Assembly: GCA_963815195.1 (NCBI GenBank)
Contig: CAWFGE010000013.1
Coordinates: forward strand, 928,001-992,000
Source of the DNA: an uncultured Planctomycetaceae bacterium
GTDB taxonomy: Bacteria; Planctomycetota; Planctomycetia; Planctomycetales; Planctomycetaceae
Reading direction: 5' to 3'
DNA: 64,000 bases
Part shown: in pieces, positions 10,961 through 23,338 of the stretch
Position numbering within the stretch: position 1 is the first letter of the stretch
Layout: each line of letters begins with the position of its first letter
Position numbers and translations under genes: made by a program
The notes under the pieces: model-generated
The model's input: the letters and a program-made list of their open reading frames with translations, nothing else
What the model was told of the DNA's origin: nothing
The model's database searches: none

Positions 10961-10971
10961 AGTCCCATGAC

Positions 10972-11030
10972 TCATACTTATGCCCAATTGGCGGCGGGGT
11001 GGCATGCTCATGGCTTTGCATGAGCATGTC
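10972..11030. repeat. 24-bp direct repeat of 9687-9710 joined to a GGGGTGGCATGCTCATG...CATGAGCATG palindrome
   Basis: TCATACTTATGCCCAATTGGCGGC is identical at 9687-9710 and 10972-10995. Confidence 0.85.
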
Positions 11031-11122
11031 TTCGGGACGCTTGATGAAGCTGGAGACATTGCATTTTGCCCTGGTTCCGTTAATCATGTCGTCGGATTTT
11101 CAGAATCCACGTTTCCTCAAAT

Positions 11123-11199
11123 CGGCGGGGTGGCACTGTCGGTTTGGGTTGTTTTTTATGAGGATCTTTCGGGTGCCACTGGCAGCTTGCCTGCCAGTG
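11123..11199 (-). repeat. ~80-bp composite REP unit, copy 2 (inverted)
   Basis: Reverse complement reads CACTGGCAGGCAAGCTGCCAGTGGCACCCGAAA...CCGACAGTGCCACCCCGCCG. Confidence 0.85.
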
Positions 11200-11225
11200 T
11201 TTTCTAAGACGATCTTCCGAACGAC

Positions 11226-11369
11226 ATGAATCCCTCAATCCGAAGAACGGACCCCAGAGTGGCAGACCATCGAAAAACCGTGAAACACTACCATGAACCG
11301 GGGGATTGTCACGAGCTGACGTTTTCCTGTTATCGCCGGGTGCCACTGGCAGCTTGCCTGCCAGTGTGA
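11226..11369 (+). pseudogene. RAYT N-terminal fragment (47 codons, below the ORF-track cutoff)
   Basis: Hand translation: MNPSIRRTDPRVADHRKTVKHYHEPGDCHELTFSCYRR, running into a REP (VPLAACLPV*). HELTFSCYRR matches the first beta-strand motif of RAYT/Y1 transposases. Confidence 0.75.
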
Positions 11370-11497
11370 ATCGGATGCACCAATCGAGTTTTGAAACGTC
11401 CCCCGATTCCATGTTGCTGGAAAGCACTGGCAACAAGTTGCCAGTGGCGCCCGAAAGACTCTTAACAATAACCCGGACTGACAGTGCCACCCCGCCG
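11337..11497. repeat. Inverted REP pair plus composite unit copy 3, right boundary of the island
   Basis: CGGGTGCCACTGGCAGCTTGCCTGCCAGTG (11337-11366), then CACTGGCAACAAGTTGCCAGTGGCGCCCG (11425-11453), then CTGACAGTGCCACCCCGCCG. Confidence 0.85.
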
Positions 11498-11650
11498 CCG
11501 GACTGCTAGAATTCTCCCACGCTTGGCTCGAAAACTTCTCAGGACCTTGATCGGCGCGTGATGCGCGTGTTTTGTCGCGCGGCTGGCCCGGATTGGCGGA
11601 TGCTGCATTACTCGGAATAACCAGGAGGCTTACGCCTCCCGCTCGCCTGT

Positions 11651-13054
11651 TTATGCTAGCTGTGGGATCGGCGCGGTCCCCGTTAACGCTCGGCTGATGT
11701 CGGTCGGGATGCCGGGGTGGAGGCGGAGTTGGCCGATGTCTAAGACGGTGCCCATGATGGTGGCGAGGACCTGGCCGCTGGTGACCGGTTCGCTGGCGGG
11801 GACCGAGGCGGTGCGGTCGGATTGGCCGATGACCTGGCCCATCGGCAGGCCCCCGCCGCTGAAGGCCAGCGTGCACAGGTTGCCCCAATGGTCGCGGCCG
11901 GCTTTTTTGTTGATGCGGGGCGTGCGGCCGAACTCGCCGGTGATCACGAGCAGCACATCGTTCGTCATCCCGCGCTCGGCGAGATCTTCGATAAAGGCGC
12001 TCGCGGCCTGATCGACGGCGGCGCCCAAGACCGGCATGCCGTCGTCGATCCCGAAGGCGTTGCCGTGCATGTCCCAGCCGGCACTCGTCACGGTCACAAA
12101 CCCGCAGCCGGCTTCCACGAGCCGACGGGCCAAGAGCATCTGCTTGCCCAGTGTCACCGGAGATTGCTTCTCCAGGACCTTGGCTTTGGACTGTAGCAGC
12201 GCCGGGGAAATATCGATGTGGCTCGTGTCGTATCGGCGGAGGGTTTCGGGGGATTCTTTGGAGAGATCGAACGCTTCCCCGATGCCGCCTAGGATCACAT
12301 CGAACGCCTGCTGCTGGAAGGCGTCGCTTCCGCCCAGGCCTTCCGAAGCCTCGGCATAGCGTTTGAGGCGGTCCAGGCGGGTCAACAGACTCCGGCGGTC
12401 GTCCAGGCGGGTTTGGGGGATGCTGAGTTCCATGTTCCGCACGATCTGGCTGCCGGCACTGGGATCGAACGGGGCGTATGACTTGGGCAGCGTGCCGGTG
12501 TCGCTGACGCGCTCGATTTGGGCGCCGAGTTTTTTATAGTCATCACCCACGGCACCGGGCGGGAGGACGGCGTTCATCGGAATGCCGGTGCGGGGATTGG
12601 TGACGCCGGCGATGCGGGCGAAAAGCGCCCCCATCATCGCTCCGGTCGAATTGCCGCCGGCCATGACGTGCTTGGCGGCGGTGGCGTGGCTGCCGATGCC
12701 ATGCCGATAGCTCCGCACGATCGCCAGGCGGTCGGCGAGCCGGGCGAGCTTGGCGAAGTGATAACCGAAGGTCAGGCCGGGAAGGTTTGTTTTGGCCTCG
12801 CCGAACATGGCCCGGTATTCGCGGGGCGCGGTCATTTTGGGATCGAAGGTTTCGATGTGGGTGGGTCCGCCTTGCAGGTTCAAGACGACGACGGCTTTGT
12901 CCTTCACAACCCGTCCCATCGCCGCTTGGGACTTGGCGGCCATCAAACCGGAAAGCGTCAACCCGCCCAGGCCCAAGGTGCCGATTTGCAGAAGCTCCCG
13001 CCGATTGAGGCCTTCCCAGTTCCCTGTGTAGCCGTCGGAGAAGATCGTGAGCAT
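11651..13054 (-). CDS. DUF1501 domain protein
   Basis: NRRELLQIG twin-Arg-like motif, GGPTHIETFDPK, LLARRLVEAG, GEFGRTP, GRDHW. Confidence 0.92.
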   Translation of the reverse strand: MLTIFSDGYTGNWEGLNRRELLQIGTLGLGGLTLSGLMAAKSQAAMGRVVKDKAVVVLNLQGGPTHIETFDPKMTAPREYRAMFGEAKTNLPGLTFGYHFAKLARLADRLAIVRSYRHGIGSHATAAKHVMAGGNSTGAMMGALFARIAGVTNPRTGIPMNAVLPPGAVGDDYKKLGAQIERVSDTGTLPKSYAPFDPSAGSQIVRNMELSIPQTRLDDRRSLLTRLDRLKRYAEASEGLGGSDAFQQQAFDVILGGIGEAFDLSKESPETLRRYDTSHIDISPALLQSKAKVLEKQSPVTLGKQMLLARRLVEAGCGFVTVTSAGWDMHGNAFGIDDGMPVLGAAVDQAASAFIEDLAERGMTNDVLLVITGEFGRTPRINKKAGRDHWGNLCTLAFSGGGLPMGQVIGQSDRTASVPASEPVTSGQVLATIMGTVLDIGQLRLHPGIPTDISRALTGTAPIPQLA

Positions 13055-13181
13055 CGTGATTTTCCTTTCCGCAATTCGAAAATCCGGGCGGACCTCGACA
13101 AATCAACGCTTCCTGATGTTAAATCGATTCCCGCGCAGGCAACCTCGCCGTGGGTTTTGGTTGGCGCCTGTTTTCGTCCAG

Positions 13182-14105
13182 TCAAGATTTTACCCCTCGT
13201 TTCCACGCGCGCTTGGGAACGAGGGGTTGAAGGAAATCGACCACATCGCAGCCGGCGTTACCGCGCTGATCCGGAACGGCCAACTGGAGGTTTTTCCGCA
13301 GAAAGGCGGGGCGGTTGGTTGTGATGGAATCCACACCCAGTTCCAGAAATCGGCGGGCCAGCGGGACGTCGTCGATGGTCCACGCGTGAAATTCCCGCCC
13401 GGCCTCCCGCAATTGTTTCACAAAATCGGCACCGACGACCCGCGGCTCGGCTTTCGTCCCCAACCCGTCCGCCGCGATCTCTTGGAGCGTCTCCCGCACG
13501 CTTTCAGCCGTGGGTTTCCAGGTTTTGGCCGGCGGATCCTGTTTGTAGCTCGTGAGCCAATACGCCTTGATGCCCGGCAACTGCTTTTTGACCGCCGCGA
13601 TCACGTTTTTATCGAAGGCGATCACGCGGATCTGCTCGTTGGCGAGGCCGCTGGCGGCGAAGACGGGCTTCAAGGCGGGCACGATTTCGGGACCGCATTT
13701 GATCTCGACGTAAATCAATTTCCCTTGGGGCACCGCGGCCAGGACCTCGGACAGCGTGGGGATCCGCTCGCCGGCGTACTTGGGCGATTTCCAGGAGCCC
13801 ACATCCAATTTCCGCAGGTCGGCGAAGGTGGAATCGGCCACGCGGACGTTCTTCCCCGCCGTCCGCTTCGTGTCTTTGTCGTGAATGCACACGATCCGGC
13901 CATCTTTGGAAAGATAGAAGTCGCCTTCAATCCCGTCCGCCCCCTCTTCCCAGGCGAGGCGGAACGCGGCCAGCGTGTTTTCGGGGGCCTCGTGCGAAGC
14001 CCCGCGATGGGCGATCAACAGCGGCGGCCCCGCAAACAGAAACCCGCCGCCGAACAAAACGAACCAGCAAACAAGAATCAAACCACGAGGGCGACATCGC
14101 ATCAT
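13182..14105 (-). CDS. Glycerophosphodiester phosphodiesterase (GDPD), exported
   Basis: Signal peptide, IAHRGASHEAPENT, GIEGD, CIHD, VEIK, AWTID, GVDSITTNRP. Confidence 0.9.
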   Translation of the reverse strand: MMRCRPRGLILVCWFVLFGGGFLFAGPPLLIAHRGASHEAPENTLAAFRLAWEEGADGIEGDFYLSKDGRIVCIHDKDTKRTAGKNVRVADSTFADLRKLDVGSWKSPKYAGERIPTLSEVLAAVPQGKLIYVEIKCGPEIVPALKPVFAASGLANEQIRVIAFDKNVIAAVKKQLPGIKAYWLTSYKQDPPAKTWKPTAESVRETLQEIAADGLGTKAEPRVVGADFVKQLREAGREFHAWTIDDVPLARRFLELGVDSITTNRPAFLRKNLQLAVPDQRGNAGCDVVDFLQPLVPKRAWKRGVKS

Positions 14106-14501
14106 TCGGCTCCGATCATGGGGTGATCCCAAGCGAATCCAGCTTGGAAACGCACACTTGCAAAGCTCCGCTTCACAACGCATCGATAAAAGACAATCCA
14201 TTCCGTGATGTTAAAACGATCCCCCCGCGCGGGCAAGCAAAACACCGGTCCAATCAGCCGGAACGCGACAGGGATTTCCAAGGGTGCATTTTGACCTGAC
14301 ATCGGAATTGAGGAAACGCTTGAAAATAAGGGGTTTGAGGTTCAATCTTGTCAGATTGATTAAAAACTGATAAACCGATCTCCGCTGCGTTCTCCGAGTC
14401 GTCCAATGGGGTCTGTGAATCTGCCTGGAAAAACCGCGAATCGATTTGTGGTTCGCGCCGAAGACTCTCGATCCGCAAGTCTCCGAAGGGTAGCCCATCT
14501 T

Positions 14502-15268
14502 ATGGACAAACCGCAAAAGCCGGCGGAAACGCCCGAATTTGAATTTCTGGACCGCTCCGCGCAAAAGACAGCGTTCTTGCGGGAAGATTCCTGCGCGTGT
14601 TCCGCATCCAAAGCGATCTTGTCCAAAGCATGGAAACGATGGCCCGCGCCCTCGAAGGCTCGCGGAAAGTCGTGACCGTCTTCGGCAGCACGCGGACCGC
14701 CGAGTCGAGCGAGATTTATGAAAACGCCCGCCGGACGTGCAAGCTTCTCGCTCAAAACGGCTTCGCCGTGGTCAACGGCGGCGGTCCGGGAATCATGGAA
14801 GCCGCGAGCCGGGGTGCCCAGGAAGGCGGTGGGCTGTCGGTGGGCCTCAACATTAATCTGCCCCACGAGCAAAAGCCGAACGCCTTTCTGGACGTCGCTT
14901 ACGAGTGCAAATATTTCTTCGTGCGGAAGATGATGTTCGTCAAATACGCCCACGGGTTCGTCATTTTTCCGGGCGGGTTCGGCACGCTGGACGAACTGTT
15001 CGAGTCGCTCACGCTCATCCAAACTGGCCGCGTCTCCGACTTTCCCGTGATCCTGTTTGGCTGCGAGTATTGGTCGCCGCTGCTAAATTGGCTCAAGAAT
15101 TCCACTCTGCAGAGCGGCTACATCGATTCGCTCGATCTCAGCCGCATCGGCCTGACGGACGACCCTGCCGCGGTCGCCCGCTGGCTGGATGAGTCGTACC
15201 TGGGCAAATGCGATTTCAATGGAGGAGCCGAAGCCGCGCTCGCCGCGCATTATCCTTGCGAAGAGTAG
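14502..15268 (+). CDS. LOG-family (TIGR00730-like) nucleotide phosphoribohydrolase; apparent frameshift ~14590
   Basis: VTVFGS, GGGPGIMEAASRGA, YFFVRKMMF, PGGFGTLDELFE. Confidence 0.88.
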
Positions 15269-15275
15269 CAAGGCG

Positions 15276-16700
15276 TCAGAGGATTTCTCGAATGACGTCG
15301 CCTTCCAAAAATGTGAGGCGTTCGTTGCGGCCTAGATGCGGGTAGGTCAGGCGGTTCTGGTCGAGCCCCATCTGGTGAAGAATCGTCGCGTGAATGTCGC
15401 GGAAGTGGTGCGGGTTCTCGATCGCTTTGAGGCCGATGTCGTCCGTGGCTCCTTCGATGCGTCCGCCCTGGACGCCGCCGCCGGCCATCCACATCGTGAA
15501 TCCCAGGTTGTGATGATCGCGGCCCTCTCCCCCTTGGGCTTCGGGAGAACGGCCAAACTCTCCGCCCCACAGAACCAGCGTGCTGTCCAAGAGACCCCGG
15601 CGTTTCAGATCGTGAAGCAGGCCCGCGACCGGCTTGTCGGTCTCGGCGGCTTTGCGGAGATGATTTTCTTCGATGTCCTTGTGGGCGTCCCATTGCATGT
15701 TCCCCGGCCCGCCGCCGGAAACCGCGCACACAAACCGCACGCCCTTCTCGACGAGCCTGCGGGCCAGCAAACACCGCCGGCCGTAATCGTGCGTGGGCTC
15801 GGTGCCGATGCCGTAGAGGTCGAGCGTTTCCCGCGTCTCCCGGTTCAAGTCCAAAACGTCCGGGGCTTCGGTCTGCATGCGGAACGCCAGGTCGTACGCC
15901 TGGATCCGCGCTTCGAGTTCCTGATCGCCCGGTTCGAGCGCTCGCGGTTGAGATCGCGGATGAGTTCGAGCGTCCGCCGGCGCTCTGCGGACTCGACGCC
16001 TTGGGGGAGTTCCAGATTTAAGACGGGCCGGTCTCCCGGGCGGAACATCGTCGGCTGATACACCGCGGGCAAGAAGCCGTGCATATACATCGGCTGGCCG
16101 GCTTCCAAAGCCCCTTTTGGATCGGGCATCACCACATACGACGGGAGCGAATCGGTCTCGGCCCCGAGTCCATACACCATCCACGATCCCATGCTGGGAA
16201 AGCCCGGCACCGTCCTTCCGGAGAACAATTCGTACTGCGCCGCCGAGTGCACGACCTTGTCGCCGACGCACGAGCGAATCACCGCCAGGTCATCCACGCA
16301 GCCGGCCAGATGCGGGAACAGATCGGACACCTCGACCCCGCTTTCCCCGTACTTTTTGAAGCGGCGCTTCGTGCCCATGAGCTTCGCATCGGGGCTGATG
16401 AATTGATACTTCGCCTCGCCGAACTCCGCGGGGCGGCGCTTTCCGTCGAGTTTGTTCAGAAGCGGCTTGGGATCGAAAGTCTCGATCTGGCTCGGCCCGC
16501 CCGCCATGAACAGAAAAATCACCGCCTTGGCTTTCGGCGAATGATGCGAGGCTTTCGTAGCCAACGGATTCGCCGATTCGGCCGGGGCCTCTTTTTGAAG
16601 CAGTGAAGCCAGCGCCAATCCGCCAAACCCGCAGCACGCCTCGCGGAGCACGTCCCGGCGGCTGGAAACCAACCCGTTTGTAGAAGAAAAGAACGGGGAA

Positions 16701-16711
<11 letters not shown>
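15276..16711 (-). CDS. DUF1501 domain protein; apparent frameshift ~15935
   Basis: SRRDVL...GFGGLAL, FMAGGPSQIETFDPKP; second ORF has LLARRLVEKGVRF, GEFGRSP, GRDHH. Overlaps the stop of the DUF1553 gene. Confidence 0.9.
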
Positions 16712-19028
<2,317 letters not shown>

Positions 19029-19160
19029 AGTCCCTGAAACCCTGCATCACGTTTCGTTGAAGGAGACCGCTCCATTATGCGGAAACCCTTCGCAGCCTGC
19101 CAGGGATGGCTCCCTTGAGCGGCTGGCGCTAACCGCCGGTCGTATGTGAGGCTGAGCAAA

Positions 19161-19296
19161 TTCAGTACTTCCAAAAATGCCTGAGCCGCGCACGAAGTAA
19201 GCGGTCTTGCGCCGTCTGAGTCCCTGAAAACCGCTTACTTCGTGCGCGGCTCTTGAAAACCAAACCAATTCCCTGAGCTTTTTTGGAAGTACTGAA
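19161..19296. repeat. Nested palindromic element (MITE/REPIN-like), copy 1
   Basis: Outer 17-bp IR TTCAGTACTTCCAAAAA. Inner 23-bp IR GAGCCGCGCACGAAGTAAGCGGT. Inverted near-identical copy at 62720-62824. Confidence 0.88.
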
Positions 19297-19411
19297 ATTA
19301 GATTAGCCAGCCCCGGTTTTTTGTTAAACGCCCGATTGGTTTTCCGGTTGTTTCACAGGCGGGCTGGGCAAGGCGCGGCGGCGCGCCTACAACAGAGTCC
19401 GGAGGGAGAGC

Positions 19412-20788
19412 ATGTCCATCGAAACCTTTATCTATCGCAGCAAAATCCCGGCACCGGCGGAATTTGTTTTCGACTGGCACATGCGGCCCCGCGCGCTTGA
19501 ACGCCTCACGCCGCCTTGGGAGAACGTGGAGGTCGGCCGGATGTCCGACGGCATGTCGCCGGGCTCGCGGGGCGAGATCGTCGTCCGCGCGGGCCCGCTC
19601 AAAACGAAATGGATCGCCGAGATTCGCGATGTCCAAGCCGGCCGGCAGTTTCAGGATGTGCAGATGACAGGCCCCTTCGCCTCGTGGGTGCATACGCACA
19701 CAATGATCCCCGACGGCGACGGCGGTTCCATCTTGGAGGATCATGTGGAATACGAGCTTCCCGGAGGCGCTCTGGGAAAATGGGCCGGCGGGAAATTCGC
19801 CCGCCGCAAGCTCGAGCGGATGTTTGCCTATCGGCACCGCGTCACGCATGATGATGTTCTGGTGCTCTATCGACAACACTTAACCACGGAGCCAGAGGCG
19901 ATGAAGATTCTCGTGAGTGGATTGGGCGGTTTGATCGGTTCGGCCCTGGCGCCGCTGTTGTCGACGGCAGGGCACGAGGTCGTCGGGCTCTCGCGGTCGC
20001 CGGGCGAAAACGAAATCGGCTGGAACCCGCGGGGCGGGGAAATCGATCGGGCGGGCCTCGCAGGCGTGGACGCGGTCGTGCACCTCGCCGGCGAGAATAT
20101 CTCCAAGCGCTGGAGCCAGGAGCAAAAACGCCGCATCCGCGAAAGCCGGGTCCAGGGGACGAAGCTCCTATGCGAAACGCTCGCCGGGATGGACTCGCCG
20201 CCGAAGGTGTTGGTGTGCGCCTCGGCGATCGGTTACTACGGCGACCGCGGCGATGAGATTTTGACCGAAAGCAGCCCGGCGGGCGGCATGTTTCTGTCCG
20301 ACGTCTGCCGGGAATGGGAAGCCGCCTGCGAGCCGGCCCGCGAAAAAGGCATTCGCGTGGTCAACACGCGGTTCGGCGTGGTGCTCAGCCCCAAAGGCGG
20401 GGCGCTCGCGAAGATGCTCACGCCCTTCAAGATGGGAGCCGGCGGAAAAGTCGGCAGCGGCAAACAGTACATGAGCTGGATCGCGCTCGACGATGTCGCG
20501 GGGGCGATCCAGCATGGCTTGATGACGGGAGAACTTAACGGCCCCGTCAACGTCATGTCGCCGAACCCGTGCACCAATTCCGAGTTCACCAAAACGCTGG
20601 GCAAAGTGCTCTCGCGGCCCACGATCTTTCCCATGCCCGCGGTCGCCGCCCGGCTGGCCTTCGGCGAAATGGCGGACGAACTCCTGCTGGCGAGCGCCCG
20701 CGCGCTGCCGGAGCGCCTCCAACAAACCGGCTACGAATTCCGCTTTCCCCACTTGGAACCGGCCTTGAGGCATCTCCTGGGAAAGTGA
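19412..20788 (+). CDS. SRPBCC domain + TIGR01777-family NAD-dependent epimerase fusion
   Basis: VFDWHMRPRALERLTPPW, FQDVQMTGPFASWVHTH; then KILVSGLGGLIG, HLAGENI, ASAIGYYG, GSGKQYMSWI. Confidence 0.92.
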   Translation: MSIETFIYRSKIPAPAEFVFDWHMRPRALERLTPPWENVEVGRMSDGMSPGSRGEIVVRAGPLKTKWIAEIRDVQAGRQFQDVQMTGPFASWVHTHTMIPDGDGGSILEDHVEYELPGGALGKWAGGKFARRKLERMFAYRHRVTHDDVLVLYRQHLTTEPEAMKILVSGLGGLIGSALAPLLSTAGHEVVGLSRSPGENEIGWNPRGGEIDRAGLAGVDAVVHLAGENISKRWSQEQKRRIRESRVQGTKLLCETLAGMDSPPKVLVCASAIGYYGDRGDEILTESSPAGGMFLSDVCREWEAACEPAREKGIRVVNTRFGVVLSPKGGALAKMLTPFKMGAGGKVGSGKQYMSWIALDDVAGAIQHGLMTGELNGPVNVMSPNPCTNSEFTKTLGKVLSRPTIFPMPAVAARLAFGEMADELLLASARALPERLQQTGYEFRFPHLEPALRHLLGK

Positions 20789-20889
20789 CGAGGGTGGACG
20801 GCCAAAATTGATTGTCGTCACTCTTTGCCCGGGTGACGCCGTGTCCCCGCGAATTTTTCACGAACGACAAACAACGGACAAGAAACGCC

Positions 20890-21722
20890 ATGATCGAATC
20901 GCTGCTGGTGAATCAAACGCGGGCCGAGTTTTTCGAGAACTATTTTCTGCGTCTGCCGTTTTCTCAGCCGCAGGGCTGCCGAGATCTAATGCAGCGAAGC
21001 GCGTGGGAGTTGATAGAGGCGATTCTGTCCTCACCGGAGGCGGATGTGATGGTCGTCAAGTCCGGGCAGCGATGGCCCGAAGCCCGCACGCCGAGTTTGG
21101 ACGAAGCCCGAAAACTTTTTGAGGAGGGTTATACGCTCCTGGTCCGGCACGCCGAGCGGCAGGATGCGGAACTCGCCGGCTTCGCGCAGGAGTTCGCGGC
21201 GGATTTTGCGCGGCGGTGGATGTGCATCTTTATTCGACGCCGGGCGAGTCCTTCGGCTTTGGCTGGCATTATGATGTGGAGGATGTGTTCATTCTGCAAC
21301 TCGAAGGGACGAAGCAGTATTCCCTGCGGAAGAACACCGTCAACCCCTGGCCGGTGCTGGAGAACATGCCCCAAGATTTGCGGTACGAGCGCGAACTCAT
21401 GCCGATGCTGCAATGCGAACTCGCGGCGGGCGATTGGCTTTATATCCCGCACGGCTACTGGCACAAGGCCGACGCCCGGAGCGATTCGCTGTCGCTCGCC
21501 GTGGGCGTGATGATGCCGACCGCGCTCGATTTCCTCGACTTTGCCCGCCGGCGGCTGGTCGAGTCCATTCGCTGGCGGCAACGGTTGCCGATGCTCGCGG
21601 AAGACGATCCCCAATCGCAAGCCGAATTCTTCGCCGAGCTGGGACAGGAACTCGCGGCGCTATTTTCCGACCCGGCCTTCGCACGGCAATTTTGGGAGCA
21701 CCAAAAAGACCTCGCCACGTAG
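20890..21722 (+). CDS. JmjC/cupin 2-oxoglutarate oxygenase (RoxA/YcfD-like); apparent frameshift ~21215
   Basis: LFEEGYTLLVRHAE; GFGWHYDVEDVFILQLEGTK...LYIPHGYWH gives the HxD...H metal triad. Confidence 0.85.
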
Positions 21723-21725
21723 CAA

Positions 21726-21774
21726 GTGGGTGGGCAATGCCCACCAAATCTTGTGGTGTTGGGCAATACCCACC
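21726..21774. repeat. REP-like doublet between convergent genes
   Basis: GGTGGGCAATGCCCACC followed by a degenerate TTGGGCAATACCCACC. Confidence 0.6.
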
Positions 21775-21843
21775 ATTCCGCTGTGCGGACCATTTCTTGT
21801 TCGTTCCGATGCCACCCCGCCGCATCGTTCATGCTGTCGCCCT

Positions 21844-22874
21844 TTACCGCTGATAGATCGGCAAAAAGCCGTTGTCGAGTTGCAGGATCGTGGCGTTGAT
21901 GGCGGTGGTGTAAACGGCCCCGACGCTGCCTTCGTTCCATTCGCCGCTGTTGGACTGTTTGCGGAGGATGTCCTGGCAGATGTCGTCCCAGTATTTCTGC
22001 CACTTCTCGTCGCCCAGGCGGTACATGACTTGGGCGTAATAGTAGTGCATGTAATGCCAGTGCCCCGTGTAAACGTTTCGGCCGCTGCCGGGCCAGACGT
22101 TTTTCTCGCAGTATTTGAGCATCTTTTTGACGGATTCGGCTTCGTATTCCCCGGCGTTGAACATCGCGGCGACCGCGGCGGCGGTGATCGGCGGGCGGGC
22201 TCCGCCTCCGCGGGTGGAGTAACTATACCGGACCCCGCCGTCGGAGGTCGTGCAGTCGGAGATGTACTTTTTCGCGCGGCCGATGATCTCGGCCGAGACG
22301 GGAATCCCGGCATTCCGGCAGGCCCGGAGACCCTGGACCTGCGTAATGCAGGTCGAGCCTTCGTCAAAATCGTTCCCGTCCTTGGCGGAAACATAGCCCC
22401 AGCCGCCCCGCGAGGTCTGAGCCTCGGCACTGAACCTCACCGCGTTCGTCAACACGCGCTTCAGGTCGGTCCGGCGTTCGGCGTCTTCTTCTTCGCCATA
22501 GACTTGCGACAGGAACAGCATCGAGAAGCCGTGCCCGTAGGTGTAGCGGTAATCGCCTTCGTAGCCGATGAGTCCGTTGGGCCGGGCGACCCGGACGAGA
22601 AAATCCACCGCAGACCGGATGTTCTTGGCGTATTTGCCGGTGGTCGTCGTGGACCCGTCGCAGAGCAGGGCCGTCCCCGCGAGCGCGGTCATCGCCACGC
22701 GATACTGGGACGAGTTGGCTTCCCAATACCCCTGCCGGCGCTGGGTGCGGGCCAAGTAATCGAGAGCTTTGTCGATCGCCTGCTGGGTTTTGGGATCTGG
22801 CGCTTTTGCGCGGCGAGCGGCGATGCGGTGCTGAGCAAAACTCCACAAGCGAGGGTCAGCAACATGGTGCGCAT
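21844..22874 (-). CDS. Exported prenyltransferase/squalene-oxidase-repeat (alpha/alpha barrel) protein; apparent frameshift ~22815
   Basis: Signal peptide MRTMLLTLACGVLL..., AIDKALDYLARTQ...GYW, YGHGFSMLFL, QTSRGGWGY, TQVQGLRACRNAG, QSNSGEW. Confidence 0.85.
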
Positions 22875-23338
22875 GGGACAACCCTTCCATTTGGCAACAA
22901 TTGATAGAGAGCGAAAACAGAATCCCCAAAATCCCCCTGGGGAGCGGGGCTATGGTGAGGGACGCGCGTGATTCAATCCGCGTCCCCTTTTTTATCGATC
23001 CGGGCCGCGGACTCCATCCCATGCGGAAAGAACGATCCAACGCCCGATCTCTAACCGAACACAACTCGGTTTTTGTGTGTCTTTTGGATTGTACAGGAAT
23101 AAATCGCGGAAAACGACCAGGAAACCGGGACTTTTGCGAATCGCGTCCCAAGTGTCTCGATGGCGGGCGTTCGCAGCGTGATTCTTTCAACTGCCGATGG
23201 AATAACAAGATACAGCAAGGGACTCCGGCGATTTCCTGAGAATTTGCCATCCGGGGAATGCCCCGTACAATCCTGGTAGAGTTTCCAAACACGTTTCAGT
23301 TTTAGGGACATGCCCTCATGTTTCCGGAAAGTCGTATC

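Noticed and set aside
9209..11497. Repeats as a CRISPR array or integron attC array
   Set aside because: Spacing is irregular, orientations are mixed and the units are REP-like. There is no cas gene or tyrosine-recombinase integrase in the window.
14106..14500. Longer intergenic gaps (also 22875-23338, 26221-26674, 34537-35028, 61009-61573) as tRNA or riboswitch loci
   Set aside because: I could not recognise a cloverleaf or known riboswitch core by eye. They fit divergent promoter regions; an Infernal/Rfam scan would be decisive.
14502..15268. LOG protein as the SLOG partner of the SLATT-like gene
   Set aside because: It is about 4 kb away, outside the island, has host-like GC and looks like an ordinary housekeeping LOG.
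20890..22874. JmjC + prenyltransferase-repeat genes as a biosynthetic cluster
   Set aside because: They are convergent, of common planctomycete types, and have no precursor peptide or core synthase nearby.
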